Shown here: positions 1-10,494 of the stretch, piece by piece
How positions within the stretch are numbered: the stretch's first letter is position 1
Layout of the letters: each line of letters starts with the position of its first letter
NCBI GenBank assembly: GCA_044892525.1
Contig: CM097885.1
Coordinates: 62,248,001 to 62,312,000 of the forward strand
Source: Schmidtea polychroa
Lineage: Eukaryota
DNA length: 64,000 nucleotides
Direction of reading: 5' to 3'
Notes under the pieces: generated by a model
The model's database searches: none
The model's input: only the letters and a program-made list of their open reading frames with translations
Told to the model about the DNA's origin: nothing
Program-made: the position numbers and the translations under genes

Positions 1-3000
1 CACTACTCTCGCTTCGTACCTTTTCCGTTATCTCTTGGTTTATCTTGGTTACTAAGTCATCCACCGTACTCTGATTACTCATCTTTATTCGTCGTTTCTC
101 CTCGTTTGGTAACCATATGGTTATTTCTAATTTCTGCGGTTGCGTTTCTTTTAATCTTCCGTATTTGTGGATCAAATTTATGGTTCTCCAATCGCTCATC
201 CTGAGCAATTCTGTATCTCGTAATCGGCTCATTAGTTCATGCATAGTTGGGGTTCGTTTTGCTATGAGCAAATCCCAGTTGTCTTCAACTTGTTCTTGGA
301 TTTGTTTGATTAGTTTATCTAGATTCCGCCTTAAAGTGCATTGTTTTATTTGTTCCAATTTCAGCTTGATATTGAAATCGTATTCAGCCTTGGCGTCTTT
401 AGCCCATTCATGAACATTAGCTGGTTGCTTCTCTTTATGCAACTTCAATATTTGAGTTTCTCCTGGCCAGATCAATGCATCTATTAGGTGCATGTCTGGT
501 TTGATTTGTTCTCCTTGATATTGATACAGATATTCTTTCTTTCTTGAGTTACCCAAATGTTCTCTTATCCAATCGAAAAGATCGTCTGTAACTGTATTTT
601 TTATCCATATTCTCTCGAGTCCTTTACTCGTTCCGATTTTTATTACGTAGCGTGTTGTCTCCGCTTGTTTCATTTTTTCCATATACTTCTTTATTATCGC
701 TTTCTCCTCACTTGGTATTAAATCTTTTTCGTTTCTTTCCAGTTTCATTATCTTTTGTATGAAGCGTCTGTATGGTATGATGTCAATGAAATCCTGGTTT
801 CTTACCACCACTGGAAGTATTTCTTTTACTTGTTTTATCGCCTCTTCTTTTTCCTTTCTCAGTTTCATCTCGATATTCTCATCTTCACTTTCGCTTGCCA
901 CATCGCTTTCACTTTCATCCTCATCTTCTCCGATCTTTTTCTTTAGTTGTTCGATATTTTCATTTAACTGTAATATTTCTCCACTAAGGCTACTCACATA
1001 ATCCTCCTCGTCATCTGTTGACAATACCTTCTTTGTCGTCCTCATCATGTTAATTCGTAAATTTCTCATTCTTGATACTTTCTTGAGCTTTTTATTCTCA
1101 AATATCGTTAATTCTTCCGATTCTAATTCTTGTACCATTTCATGGGTTAAATGACTAGTTTGTTTCTCGTTTCCGTCATTTATCGCTTCTACTTCTGTTT
1201 TTGTTTTCTCATGTTCTCTTTCGATCTTATCTTTTATCTTTTTCCAAAATATTTTCTGGATTCTCTGATTTCCCTTTAGTGGTGTTGTTGGATTTTCCTT
1301 TTTATCTTCCGTAACCGTTTCTTTCGGCTTCTCTGGTTCGATCATAGGTACAACTCTTGGATTTTTACCATAATTGTAACAATATTGCTCCTTTATCTCT
1401 TTTACCATTCTCATCATATTTATTCGTAATGGTTGTTCTTGTCGCTGCTGAATTCGCTCTCTTTTTATTCTCTCTTCCTCAGCTTGTAGTCTCTGCCATT
1501 CTTGTGCATGTTGTTGTACTTCATAATCATTAAGATTTTCGGTGCTCCTCATCATGCGTATATTCTGAGTTTGTTGTGCTACTGGTTCTTGTCTCGGTCT
1601 CATCATTTGTTGCATCATCTGTTTCATTTGTGAAATTTCTTGCATCACGTTCATTTGCTTTCCTTCACTGGGGTTACTTTGTCGTTGCGGATTAGGTGCA
1701 TAATTATTGTTTCGTTGTGGTGGTCGTTGTTGTTGGCTCCTTTCTCGGCAATCTCTTGAGATGTGACCTGGCTGACCGCAGTTAAAGCATCCTCTCAACT
1801 GGCATATATTTTCCGTGTGTCCTCGTCGTCCACATCTATTACAATTTGCGTTTCGGTAACAATTTCTATCCCAATGTCCTGGTTTACCGCATGTTTGGCA
1901 TTGTTTGTTATCGTTCGTATTTCGTCGATTATTAAAATTATTTCCATTGTTCAGGTTGTTGCGTTCACTGTTATTCCCGTTTGATCGTCCTTGCGGTGGT
2001 TTGAAAATTTGATGCGCACCTGGTATAAACTGATTCATCTTCGGTTCATGATTGTTGTTATCTCCATTTTCCGTTTTCACCGTTGCTGATGCGATTCTTC
2101 CCTCCTCCTGTATGACATTCATTTGTGCCGGGAGGTGTAGTTCGCATCTTGTGGCCCAATCTATGGCCTCTTCTAGTGTTTTACACATCTGACATCCCAC
2201 CGAGGCTCTTACCTCTTCCCGGCGTAGTCCTTCTATGAGTTAACCAATTAGATTTTCCTCCGGCAAGTTTCCGTTCATGGCCTTCTTTGCCAATCTTCGC
2301 AATTCGCTTGCGTATAACGTTATTGATTCATTGGCTCTTTGTTTTCTACTCGCTAATTCTCCTAGGGCTTGATTTATTGGTTTGCTGGCCCCGAATGTTT
2401 TTCTCAAAAATGTTTTGATGCTTTCCCAATTGTCTAATTTCGTATTTCTTTCTTTTGCTTCTAGATACACTTCGAGTGCGCTATCGCACAAAAACAGAGG
2501 CATTCGTTTACTAATTGCTTCCGCTGTCCATCCGCACACATCGATATAGACTTCAAAATTTGTTATGAACGTTGCCAACTTGTTCGCATTCCCGTTAAAC
2601 GGTTCGCCTCTAAATTTTTCTTTATACTCGTCGGTTTTTACCACATTCATCATGACTGGTTCTTGTAACTCTATTGTTTCTTTTAAATTTTCCAGCGGTG
2701 TCGCTAAATTATGGACGGATAATTCTTCGGTTGACCCGGTTAGGTTGTTTGTTATATCGGATAGGCTTTCTCTGCTTCTAGATCGACTAGGGGTGTATCC
2801 GAGGTTTTCTTGGTCAAAGGTTGGTACTTGATTTGTTCTTTTTGCTCCTTGTGATCTTCCTCTTTGCTGTTTTATGGATCGTCCTCTTCTGAGCTGTTCT
2901 AGTTCGTCTCCTGAAATTAATACGTCTCTTGACTTACTTGAGGATCTGAGATTTAGTTTCTCCGTGATTTCTTCTTACGCCTCCTTATCGTCTCTTATGG

Positions 3001-3250
3001 ATTTCTCGGTAATTATCGGCTGCTGACTTGAGCGAATTCGGTTTTGTCGGTGTTCCGAGTCCTTGGCAATTGGTTGTTAGTGTTATGAGACGTCTTCCGT
3101 TCTTGGAATCTTCGGGTTGTGTTACTCCTACTGAGCGGGTTCTGGATTGGTTATTTCTAGTTGGTCGTTGATTTCTTCGAATTCCTTTGTGCAGGTTCTG
3201 GATTGGCTTGATTGACTGGATTGGTTTGATATCTAAAATGAAAAAATGAT
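1..3250 (-). pseudogene. gag: Ty3/gypsy-type gag polyprotein, interrupted by in-frame stops and running off the left window edge
   Basis: ORF 2240-2653 (FITNFEVYIDVCGW...LFLCDSALEVY...WESIKTFLRKTF...RKQRANESITLYASELRRLA) resembles a retrotransposon capsid domain. By manual translation the same frame continues past a TAA at 2240-2242 (LIG*LIEGLR) and stays open to position 1. Another in-frame TAA lies near 2975. The 5' boundary is approximate. Confidence 0.85.
1748..1900 (-). other. three tandem CCHC zinc knuckles (nucleocapsid)
   Basis: Manual translation gives CQTCGKPGHWDRNC, CNRCGRRGHTENIC and CFNCGQPGHISRDC, each CX2CX4HX4C. Confidence 0.92.
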
Positions 3251-3922
3251 CTCGTGTTGCATCTGCTCACACGACTTCATCATTCTTTCTTCAACATTCA
3301 AACACAGACACCGTTTAGGGCCTCTGTTATGCTTCTCTTTATTTCCCCATACAATTTCTCGTGGATTATAGTTACCCATCAACCCATAGTTTTCGTCGAT
3401 TTTAAATTATCTATTTGGGGTAGTAATAATTATCTATATGGTCGTATGAATTATCTATAATTATCATTTATAATATCGATAGGTCGTTCTCAGTTACTGC
3501 TTATCACCCCCCATATTCTCTTAATCCTTTTACGCGGTTCCGCTATTTTACTTAGTCTTCCGTCTCTGTTCCCCTTTACTCGGTTCTACTCTGAACCAAA
3601 AAAAATCAGATTCGTTTATCCGGTTTAAACCAAAAATTCTGTAGACTTTTGTCTACTTACTTGGGATCCCCTTTAATTAATTAATTACCTTCCTTTTTAC
3701 TCGTCATTTATTCCCACTTATTCTCTACTTTTACTATCTCCTCAATTCATTTTCCTTTTCTGATTCTCCTTTTCTACTAAAAGGGTTTTACTTTCATCTT
3801 CTACGAGCTCGTTTAATCCTTTCTAAATTCGACTTCTCGTATCCCAATTCAATTCGTTTCTAGCTAGATTAATATTCTATCTCATTATCAACTTAAATAT
3901 TATCCAATCATTTTCTAGGCCT

Positions 3923-4260
3923 TTACGACTGGCTGGCACTTTTCAACAGCTCAATCTTCTTCCTTCTGACCGGTTGGACTATTCGACAACTCGATCTTAC
4001 GACTGGCTGGCACTATTCAACAGCTCAATCTTCTTCCTTCTGACCGGTTGGACTATTCGACAACTCGATCTTACGACTGGCTGGCACTATTCAACAGCTC
4101 AATCTTCTTCCTTCTGACCGGTTGGACTATTCGACAACTCGATCTTACGACTGGCTGGCACTATTCAACAGCTCAATCTTCTTCCTCTCCAAACTGGCTG
4201 GACTTTTCACAGCTCAGTTCCAATTTCCCTGGCCGGCGGGACTATTCAACAGCTCGACCT
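3923..4260. repeat. 74-bp tandem repeat in the gag 5' leader (about 3.5 copies plus a degenerate tail)
   Basis: The unit TTACGACTGGCTGGCACTATTCAACAGCTCAATCTTCTTCCTTCTGACCGGTTGGACTATTCGACAACTCGATC starts at 3923, 3997, 4071 and 4145. Confidence 0.95.
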
Positions 4261-4346
4261 TAATATCTTCGACTCTGCATGCTTCTATCTTTTCTTTACC
4301 TTTATTCTAGACTGTCATCTCTCCTTTTATTTTTACTTTTTATTTG

Positions 4347-4366
4347 TCGATCTAATCTGTGCCACT
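4347..4366 (-). promoter_or_regulatory. candidate primer-binding site (CA-AG-TGG junction)
   Basis: The minus strand reads ...CATTCTCA|AG|TGGCACAGATTAGATCGAC, the usual LTR-end/spacer/TGG geometry upstream of gag. I could not assign a matching tRNA. Confidence 0.35.
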
Positions 4367-4841
4367 TGAGAATGTTTCCCCTTTCCCCCCTTGCTCAAAA
4401 CGCAAAACGATCGCATTGATCCATTTCTACATTGGTATGGTGATCAGTCATACCGCAGGAACTTTTCAATATTCGCGATGGTACCTCGCCTTACATCTCT
4501 TACTCGGGGTGATCGGTTATCCCTTCCCAACCGGTTTCCGTGTATCGTACCTCCCGAAGGTGGCTCGGTTTATTCCCCCTTTAATCCTATGTTGGGACTA
4601 GCTCCACTTTATTTTATTTGTTCAAATTAAATTTATAGATGCTCTCTCTCCATGATGAAAATTATCATAAAGTTACTGAATTCACAATAAAATGAACACG
4701 CAAAACATTCTATTCATTAGTTGGCTTAAATCACATGCAATATACAAATTTACTAGAAAATTGTTGATACATCAATTAAACATAAAGGATTTAGTCAAAT
4801 CGTCAATCAGATCAATTCTTTCACCGAGTGCTGCTCGCGTG

Positions 4842-5321
4842 TTAACTGAAGTAAATCGTGTGCTTCTCCTTTATTGCACATACACATAAAGAACAATGCG
4901 TTAAACTGACGGCGCATTCGTCGCAATGGCTAAGGTGTCCACAAGGTAGCATTAGAATTCTGGCAGGTCGCGTCTTACAAATGTTACAAGTTCTCAAGGC
5001 CGCTGCTTTTTCTATTATCGAGGTTCGTATTCTCTGAGATAGAGTTTTTACTTGTTCGCGTATTCTCACATATTCGAGGTTCAGAGCGGGGTCGTCGAGT
5101 CGTTGCTGCATCCATTGGTAATGGACAGACAAGTCGGTGTCGGTATTTGTTGACCCCAATCTGTCGGTTAGAAAGTTTTGTTTGGATATCAGCGGTGCGT
5201 TGTGGCGTTGTTGCTCTAGGGTGTCTATTTGTTGCAGTTTTTCTCTTAACGTCTTTATGGAATCGTTTTCTATGTCGACGAACCGGCTTAGTCGTTGTAG
5301 GTGTTGTCGGGCTCCTGACAT
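4842..5321 (-). CDS. coiled-coil plus C-terminal IAP-type RING finger protein (putative E3 ligase, no BIR domain)
   Basis: Intact 159-aa ORF ending CNICKTRPARILMLPCGHLSHCDECAVSLTHCSLCVCAIKEKHTIYFS, a C3HC4 RING at the extreme C-terminus as in IAP/MDM2/RNF34-type ligases. A TTTAG acceptor ends 2 nt before the ATG. Confidence 0.85.
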   Translation of the reverse strand: MSGARQHLQRLSRFVDIENDSIKTLREKLQQIDTLEQQRHNAPLISKQNFLTDRLGSTNTDTDLSVHYQWMQQRLDDPALNLEYVRIREQVKTLSQRIRTSIIEKAAALRTCNICKTRPARILMLPCGHLSHCDECAVSLTHCSLCVCAIKEKHTIYFS

Positions 5322-6283
5322 ATCTAAATAAGTATGTTGTCATTACTCGGTCTCACTTACAAAAATAAAAATAATATTATCGTGTTATAATCAATGTTCG
5401 TTTGGCTTTGTTCGCCATTGTTTCTAGTTTATGTATTTTATTCAATCTTTAATAATTCTTTTTAATTTAATTCATTTAAAATTAAACAAAATTAGTCAAT
5501 TCCCATTTTCTCTTCCCTTCATATTCAATCGCATTCATTCAAACTTATTTAGGTTCGTTTTTGTTCATAGCATGTTCTATTTTACGCAAAGACAGTTCGC
5601 ATCATCATCTTAATACATTATAATATCGATTCATTTCAGTCCCGATTCCCTTTTTTATTATAATTAATTAAATTGTTAGTCTAACACATCGTAATACAAT
5701 AATAGGCAATCAAACAATTCGAAATCAGATCCCGGCTGAGCCCCAAAAATCATGTTGGTATATGCGGGGAAAAAGAAATTTGTTGCACACATCATCATTT
5801 CACATCTCACATACCCTGCATCATTACTCCGCTCAGATACTCCCCATACATACACCAAATGATCATGTACATATTCCCACGCATGAGCCCGTGGTGATAT
5901 TCCACGTTGGTGCTGCTCACACGGGTTGGAAAAGGTTAGCAGGTGAGCCTCTGCCTTAAGACTACTCCTAACCCTTTCTCGATACGGGTTCTACGGTGCC
6001 TCAGAAGGTCTTACCCCGTCCCACATACACAATTCGGTCCGACCCTGGTCCAAGGGGACGACCTTGTATTATCACCTACATTCGACATCATCTTTCCACT
6101 CGTATCAACTTCGATATCTCACCTGTTAAAATCAATCATCAGAAACAATAAAAGATGTATTAACTTATAACAAATCATTACACGCAGAATAATCAAGAAC
6201 GGTTTTACATGTAAACATACAGCATTTATAAACACGCAAGTTCACTTAGGGACCATGCATAGAACAAGGCATCTTTGAATTGA

Positions 6284-7045
6284 TCAATCGAAGGGTTCTC
6301 CATCCGCAAGCATTGCGTCGATATCGACCGGCAGTCGTGGGTTAGAAATGTACTTGATGCCTTCTGCCGGTATTACACGAAAGATTTCCTTTGATGGGAT
6401 GGAATGGCTGGAGGATATTTCTCTTATGGTAGATTGAGCTACAGATAGTGACGCCTCGAGAGCAGCCATCGCATCTCGGCGTTTCTGATTTTTCTCGGCT
6501 CGGGTTGGCCGTTTCCGTTTGCGAGACGACGGGGGATTGTCAGTGTGCGGGGTGACGACGGTTGCCCCCGAAATCGGAGCCAAGATGGGCTCGGTAGGTC
6601 CACCTACCAAGGGTTGAGAACCCGATAAGATTGGAGCTGGAATGGGCGGTAGGCACGATCCATGCCCTTGGCAGCTCGTAGCAGTCGGTTCGGATACTTG
6701 ATGATGAAGAGGGAAAACGTTCATTTTCTCTATGACGGGGAATTCCCGTACCCGCTTGGCGAGTTCTGCCTCCGTATAAACCTTGTGGAGGGCTTCTGAT
6801 TGGGTTTTGATTGTAAGCCGTTGGCATCGGCTTTCCTCCAGCAAGCTATCTCTACAATGTTCTAACCGGAGGATTTTCTTTCGTTCCTCCTTCATTTGTG
6901 GCGGGGAGAACCACGTACCCTCATAGAGGTCAATTCTTTTCTTTAGAGCCCCGATGTATAGATGGAGCTGCGCGATATCTGCGTTTTTATCTGCGCAGGA
7001 GAAACATGGGCGAAGGGTTTTCTCAGCAGTTGTAGGAGTAGTCAT
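6284..7045 (-). CDS. ORF-X copy 1: unknown protein with CxxC, coiled coil, Pro-rich linker and basic motif
   Basis: Intact 253-aa ORF. Homologous to the decayed copies at 14035-14891 and 15890-16407 (shared CFSCADKN, IGALKK, P[P/A]QMKE, EH[C/Y]RDS, QSEALHKVY, NVF motifs). An AG acceptor abuts the ATG. Confidence 0.8.
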   Translation of the reverse strand: MTTPTTAEKTLRPCFSCADKNADIAQLHLYIGALKKRIDLYEGTWFSPPQMKEERKKILRLEHCRDSLLEESRCQRLTIKTQSEALHKVYTEAELAKRVREFPVIEKMNVFPLHHQVSEPTATSCQGHGSCLPPIPAPILSGSQPLVGGPTEPILAPISGATVVTPHTDNPPSSRKRKRPTRAEKNQKRRDAMAALEASLSVAQSTIREISSSHSIPSKEIFRVIPAEGIKYISNPRLPVDIDAMLADGEPFD

Positions 7046-9419
7046 CTAAAGAATGAGAAGTCCTTTATTTACATCATTAAAAATCCTTTCTACTATTTAT
7101 TTTCTTTTTATCGTGAGCTTTATCCTACCACATATGCATACAATCAGGATGGCCCCCCCACATCCATACCTTTGACATCACTTAACTCATCCAAACCGTA
7201 AACCTTCAAATCAACTCATCACATCGTTCGTAATGAAGAGAAAATGAGAACCATCACACGTTATTTCTCTACCCATATTGATATTGTACCTAGGTTCCTG
7301 GGTCGACAGTTATCATCTAATCGCAATAAGTTACTCCTTACCACTAATATATTTTTTCACTTTTATTTATTATGACCTATTGAAGGTGGGTCTACTCCCT
7401 GGTTTTTATGGCTTATTGAGTTATGCCTGCTTTAATTTAAAAGAAGTAGTTCCATACTGTTGATGCACTTTGCGCTGTATTAAGTTAAAACGAATTTGTT
7501 AAAAATTATTATTAGTATTAATTTCCCTCATAAATTATAATTTAATTATTTAAATTTTCGCATTTTCTGTTGTCATAACGACGCATATCGGTATGTAGTG
7601 GTGTACTGGTTTCAGACTCTACCTGATGTGCGCTAATGTGTATTATCTCGTTTTACTCAATTATCGCTGTCCTCTCTTAACAAATCCTAGACATTGTGTC
7701 TGTTAGTGTGCCTTGATCTCGTCGCTTATTTATGCATGCCTACTGACACATTCTACTATGACGCAATGATGATGTCGACTCACTCACGTCCCATGTATTA
7801 GTGGATTTATCTGTGTGTGGGTTTGGGTCTGCTTATCTCAGTTATAACATTTTTAGCAGATGGGCTAGACGGATGGAAGATAGTGAGTCAGGCTTATGGA
7901 AGTAACGATTGCTATGATTTCAAGATTTCCCAAATCTGTTATCGGGTCAAAATGGATTTAACTCCTATCTCTCTCGTGAATGTTGACTATTCTCACAAAC
8001 CTAATCGTCTCATCGATTTGGCGCATGTCGTTCCACAATCGAACCGCTGGAATATTTTATCTACGCTACTTGCCTCTCTGCAATAGTCGTTTCTCGATCA
8101 GATGGAAAATTTATCGATAATTTGTTCGAAATGGTCGATGATAATTTCCTTTAGGACTGAAGTAAGTGCTTATCATTAATTAGAACTCGGCTGTTTACTT
8201 TCCTGTCAGGGCGAACCTTATCGATGACAGTAGCTAATCGAAGGTTGATAACTAAGTCTCCTACTCGTCAAATGACCTATCACCGCGATGGGTTGAATCG
8301 CTAACGTTCTCTTAATTTATCAATTCTTGGAAATACAGAATGCTCCAGATTTTTATCATTCATCAAGAAACGAAAATGGACGTTAGAATTATCAGTGAGG
8401 TTCGAGAATTTCATCACCCTCAAGAATAGTCGGTATTCACATTCTGACGAAAAGAAGTAACTTAGCTCTGAATTGAATATGGCCGAACTCAAACTCGGAT
8501 TAAATCTCGAAAAATGTCGTCGATCTCCTAGAATTTTCGGTCAGTACGTTGTCGGCATCGAAACAGTATCGCTCAGAAGTTTCCTCAATAGAAAGCTTTC
8601 GACGGCTAATTTTATAGATAGCACTCGATGAAAAGATCATTGACTCGATTCGTTTTCTCTCACAGGGTTTCCTCACCCCTCACAACCCACCCAAGGACAG
8701 TACGCATTTCTGCCTACTGCCCTTGGACCGTCGTGAAGGACAACTCGACCCGACTTATCTCAAATCCTTCTCCAATAAATGCACAATCAATAAATTCATA
8801 TTACTGTCAAACAAATATGGGAATAATGAAATTAAAAGAAAAATCAAATAAATAAATGTTTACCTGGCGGCCACGCCATCTGGATTCCGAGTATGATGAC
8901 TCTTACTAACGTAGGTTTTTATACTCCTTTGTAATCATTGTAATACTAATATCCATGTAGACACTTGGCTGGTTCTGTCAATACAATTTCTGGGTATCCG
9001 CATTCATAAGCTCTCTCTGAAATGCATACGTAATTTAGCCGCATCATACCCGAACTCCAAAGGACGTCGTCGCCAGCATCATAGAGAGAAAGCAACATCT
9101 TTTGGTTTTAAATATAGATTTTATTGAAACATAAAACGTCTTTTGATATTAAATTCATAGTAAACATTAAAATTATCATACTAAAATTCAAAACATAATT
9201 TACCAAAATTCTCCGAAGGTGTTAGGATTGAAATCAAAGTTTTGTCAAATTTTTCCTTAGTTAGACTGGTTCTTCTCAACTGGATTCGATCTCGACTATT
9301 ATTTGCCTCTAATTACTATTTGTTATGTCCAAGTATGAATATCGTTCGTAAGTCTGTGCTCGTGAGTGGTTCCTAGTCCTGTAGAGTTTCGGGTTAGAAT
9401 GATAATTTTTAAATAAATT

Positions 9420-9500
9420 TTACCTGTAGAGTTTCGGGTTAGAATGATACTCTACAGAGTTTTGTTGCTCTTTATATATTATTTTCCGTCCAATCAGGAC
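9420..9500 (-). promoter_or_regulatory. LTR-type Pol II promoter (CCAAT, TATA) followed by a splice donor
   Basis: The minus strand reads GATTGG...TATATAAA, then CAG|GTAAAA about 50 nt downstream. The same CCAATCAG/TATA pairing recurs at 10679-10711 and 27590-27623, and a TATA plus donor occurs at 17594-17638. Confidence 0.6.
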
Positions 9501-10494
9501 ACACCTTGCTTGTAATTTTGTTATTTATTATTATTTTATGTTTTTCTTATCGTAGTATATTATATTTTAATGACCCTACCTATTTCTATTATTGTTTTAT
9601 TTATTTTCCTATTTTTTATTATTTTTCTCCTATTTTTCTGTGGTTTTATTGCTATTTTATTGTAACTTCATTTTTTTGTTTTAATTATCCTTATGGATGA
9701 TTTTATTTTTATTTTGTTTTCCTTTAATTTTCATTTGTTTTTCTTAGATTTTGTGCCATTTTATTTTTCCTTTACTGTTATGCTCATTGGGTGCCTTCCT
9801 TTTTGTCTTATTTCCCCTTTACAGGTTTTGTTATTTTATTTAGTTATTCTTGTCTCTTTATGGATGTTTAATTTGTTTCTTCCTATATTTCTCGTAATTT
9901 TTATATGTTTTTATTTTATTTACTCTATCTCTTCCTGGGTTCGTTTTTCCAACACCTTCAGAGCTTGTTCGTTTTTCCAACACCTTCAGAGCTTGGCCCA
10001 ACAATAAGAACCGAGATAGTGTCTTCCTCAGTCACTGAGAAGCATATGCCTTAGCTTCCTGTTAATTTAGGATCCATTACTACAATCTATATACTACTAT
10101 TTCACAAATTTTAAGTCACCTTCAGTGACGGACCCGTGAGGAAGCCCCCACATTACGGCCCGAATCAACTGCGTGATTGAAAAACTCCATGTCCACCGGC
10201 TGAGCTCCGGAGGGCACCTCACACCATGACATGGGGTATCTCAACTCCACGTTTCTCAACAGTCAAAAATATTTAGTTCAATAAATAAAGCATAAAAATC
10301 TGAATAAAAATCATTTATTAGTTCTAATGATATCCAAACATCTAAAACTCTAAATTCATTAAAATTGAAAATGAAGGGATCAAATGCAGAGCCGTTCGTT
10401 TACGATAAAGATTTTAATTACAAATTAACCTTCATAATCATTTTTAACTTAAAAGAAAATTCTAAATAAAAGTTCTTCTTACCAATATTATCGA

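Larger units (their letters stand above)
4367..10084 (-). mobile_element. putative ~5.7-kb 5' LTR of a giant gypsy-type element, carrying internal ORFs
   Basis: The minus strand begins TGTAGTAATG at 10084 and ends CATTCTCA at 4367 (imperfect TG..CA inverted ends). It has an A-rich U3-like tract (about 9500-10000), CCAAT (9490-9494) and TATATAAA (9471-9478) boxes, a CAG|GTAAA donor near 9423, AATAAA signals near 4570-4620, then the PBS-like junction. The partner LTR is not in the window. Confidence 0.55.

Noticed and set aside
117-2831. Plus-strand ORFs over the gag region, and similar antisense ORFs over RT and the transposases
   Set aside because: They are shadows of the real opposite-strand frames, with Ser/Phe/Leu-rich composition and no motifs.
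3923-4260. CRISPR-like array
   Set aside because: The units are head-to-tail with no unique spacers, there are no cas genes, and the context is eukaryotic.
7560-8800. Additional cargo gene inside the putative LTR
   Set aside because: Only short broken frames are present (for example 8301-8492). I saw no BH, death-fold or other motif, so it is not reported as a feature.
9045-9075. Alternative PBS (TGGCGACGA, resembling a tRNA-Ser complement)
   Set aside because: The match is only about 9 nt, it is not preceded by a CA LTR end, and it lies 5.8 kb from gag. It remains a fallback if the long-LTR model fails.
9506-10007. Hydrophobic membrane-protein-like ORFs
   Set aside because: They are translations of the T-rich strand of an LTR U3 region. 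The Phe/Leu/Ile bias is compositional.
10330-10337. ATATCCAA as the left TSD of the hAT ending at 13242
   Set aside because: No CAGCGCTG-type TIR follows it, so the match is probably coincidental.
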